This document shows, in pieces, positions 63,119 through 64,000 of a stretch of 64,000 bases of DNA; positions within the stretch are counted from its first letter, which is position 1; the number at the start of each line of letters is the position of its first letter. The position numbers and the translations under genes are program-made. The stretch lies in NCBI GenBank assembly GCA_006226415.1, contig SBGZ01000054.1:1554-65553 (forward strand), read 5' to 3'. The DNA comes from Alphaproteobacteria bacterium. GTDB taxonomy: Bacteria > Pseudomonadota > Alphaproteobacteria > M2410. The notes under the pieces were generated by a model. The model was given only the letters and a program-made list of their open reading frames with translations, had not been told where the DNA came from and ran no database searches.

Positions 63119-64000
63119 AGTCCTCCGGTGTCACATTGGGTCGTTTTAAGTCGCGCATAATCTCCCGCGCCGCATTAACCCCCGGTGCGGCCATCACCCC
63201 GCCACCGGGATGGTTAGTGCTGCCGCACATATACATGCCTTTCACCGGGCCGCGATATTGCGCATAGCCCGGGAAGGGGCGATTAAACATGAGTTGGTCA
63301 AGTGTCAGTTCGCCTTGAAAGATATTGCCTTCGGTAAGCCCCACCTCCGCCTCTAGCTCGCGGGGGGTGCGAATCTCAGCGTGCAAAATCAGATCCTTGA
63401 AGTTCGGGCTGTAGTTGGCGATCTGGTCAATGACTGTTTTGCCAAACGCATCGCGCTTCTCATCGGTCCAGTCGCCCTCTGCGAGCTTGGGCGGGCAATA
63501 TTGCACGAAGACAGACATAAAATGTTTGCCCGGCGGTGCCATGGTCGGGTCCACCATCGTCGGAACGATCAGGTCCACATAAGGGTCTTTCGACCAGGTA
63601 CCGTTTTTCCAGTCGTCATAGGCGCGCTCATAGCGCTCAACAGAATCGAGAAAATGCCAATCGCCCGTGATCAGCGGATTGCCCTTGGGCAATGCCGGAA
63701 AATCCGGAAAGCCATCAAGGGCGATATTGAGCTTGCCTGACGAACCGCGAATTTTGAAATTGCGGGCCTTCTCGATCACATCCGCAGGCACATCCTTTTC
63801 ATCCATGATCTTCAGAAAGGTGCGTTTGACATCCAGATTGGAAACCACGATGTCGGCTCTGATCTCTTCGCCGCCCTCGAGCACAACGCCTTTCACCTCA
63901 CCATCTCGCACGAGGATTTGCTCAACCCTCGCGCTAGTGCGGATCTCGCTCCCATGTTCCTGCAAGGCGCCGGCCAGCGCCCGCGAGATGGCGCCCATGC
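63105..64000 (-). CDS. Second CrtI-like FAD oxidoreductase, 5'-truncated by the window edge
   Basis: The ORF runs off the window. It is paralogous to the previous gene (C-terminal GSTNHPGGGVMAAPG). 14-nt overlap with the downstream start. Confidence 0.75.
   Translation of the reverse strand, partial: MGAISRALAGALQEHGSEIRTSARVEQILVRDGEVKGVVLEGGEEIRADIVVSNLDVKRTFLKIMDEKDVPADVIEKARNFKIRGSSGKLNIALDGFPDFPALPKGNPLITGDWHFLDSVERYERAYDDWKNGTWSKDPYVDLIVPTMVDPTMAPPGKHFMSVFVQYCPPKLAEGDWTDEKRDAFGKTVIDQIANYSPNFKDLILHAEIRTPRELEAEVGLTEGNIFQGELTLDQLMFNRPFPGYAQYRGPVKGMYMCGSTNHPGGGVMAAPGVNAAREIMRDLKRPNVTPEDFGND

Overview
This window looks like a gene-dense chromosomal segment from an alphaproteobacterium-like organism; that assignment is inferred from gene content, namely the RpoE-ChrR cluster, a RibN-type transporter behind an FMN riboswitch, and Omp25/OmpW-type outer-membrane proteins. 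I found no rRNA, CRISPR array, transposase or integrase. The main blocks run as follows. (1) 1.3-13.4 kb is a denitrification locus. nirS (cd1 nitrite reductase) sits head-to-head with a roughly 10 kb minus-strand gene string. That string encodes a CuA subunit II, a ba3/B-family-like heme-copper oxidase subunit I whose cross-linked Tyr position is Gln, heme O synthase, SCO1, an unusual di-heme cytochrome b / 2x[4Fe-4S] / MvhD-like fusion, a hemerythrin, a Dnr/NnrR-type regulator and a TonB-dependent receptor. Two FNR/Dnr-type palindromes lie in the divergent control regions. (2) 16.0-19.2 kb is a translationally coupled decarboxylase / deoxyhypusine-synthase-like / agmatinase polyamine operon. 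(3) 23.3-24.4 kb is an FMN riboswitch in front of an EamA (RibN-like) transporter. (4) 24.5-29.9 kb holds ArsR with a perfect operator, DUF2892, and an RND(MMPL)/LolA-like/beta-barrel trio. (5) 31.8-34.2 kb is a more AT-rich, integrase-less islet abutting a tRNA-Thr(GGU)-like gene with non-canonical positions. (6) 34.3-41.6 kb holds a CYP153-like P450, an orphan EncFtn-like ferritin, a DASS transporter and a CofC-CofG-CofH triple fusion (FO/F420 biosynthesis). (7) 42.5-49.8 kb is an RpoE-ChrR singlet-oxygen-type cluster (DUF1365, FAD oxidoreductase, CFA-synthase-like, lipocalin) with four occurrences of a TGATCC-N18-TA promoter-like motif. (8) 50-64 kb holds oxygenases, tandem OmpW paralogs, Ppx, and a glutamine-synthetase-like / GcvT-like / 2x CrtI-like FAD oxidoreductase operon. 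The strongest candidate for something new is the Tyr-less B-family oxidase plus the cytochrome b-FeS fusion next to nirS. All calls rest on reading the sequence and on remembered family motifs; no database search was run.
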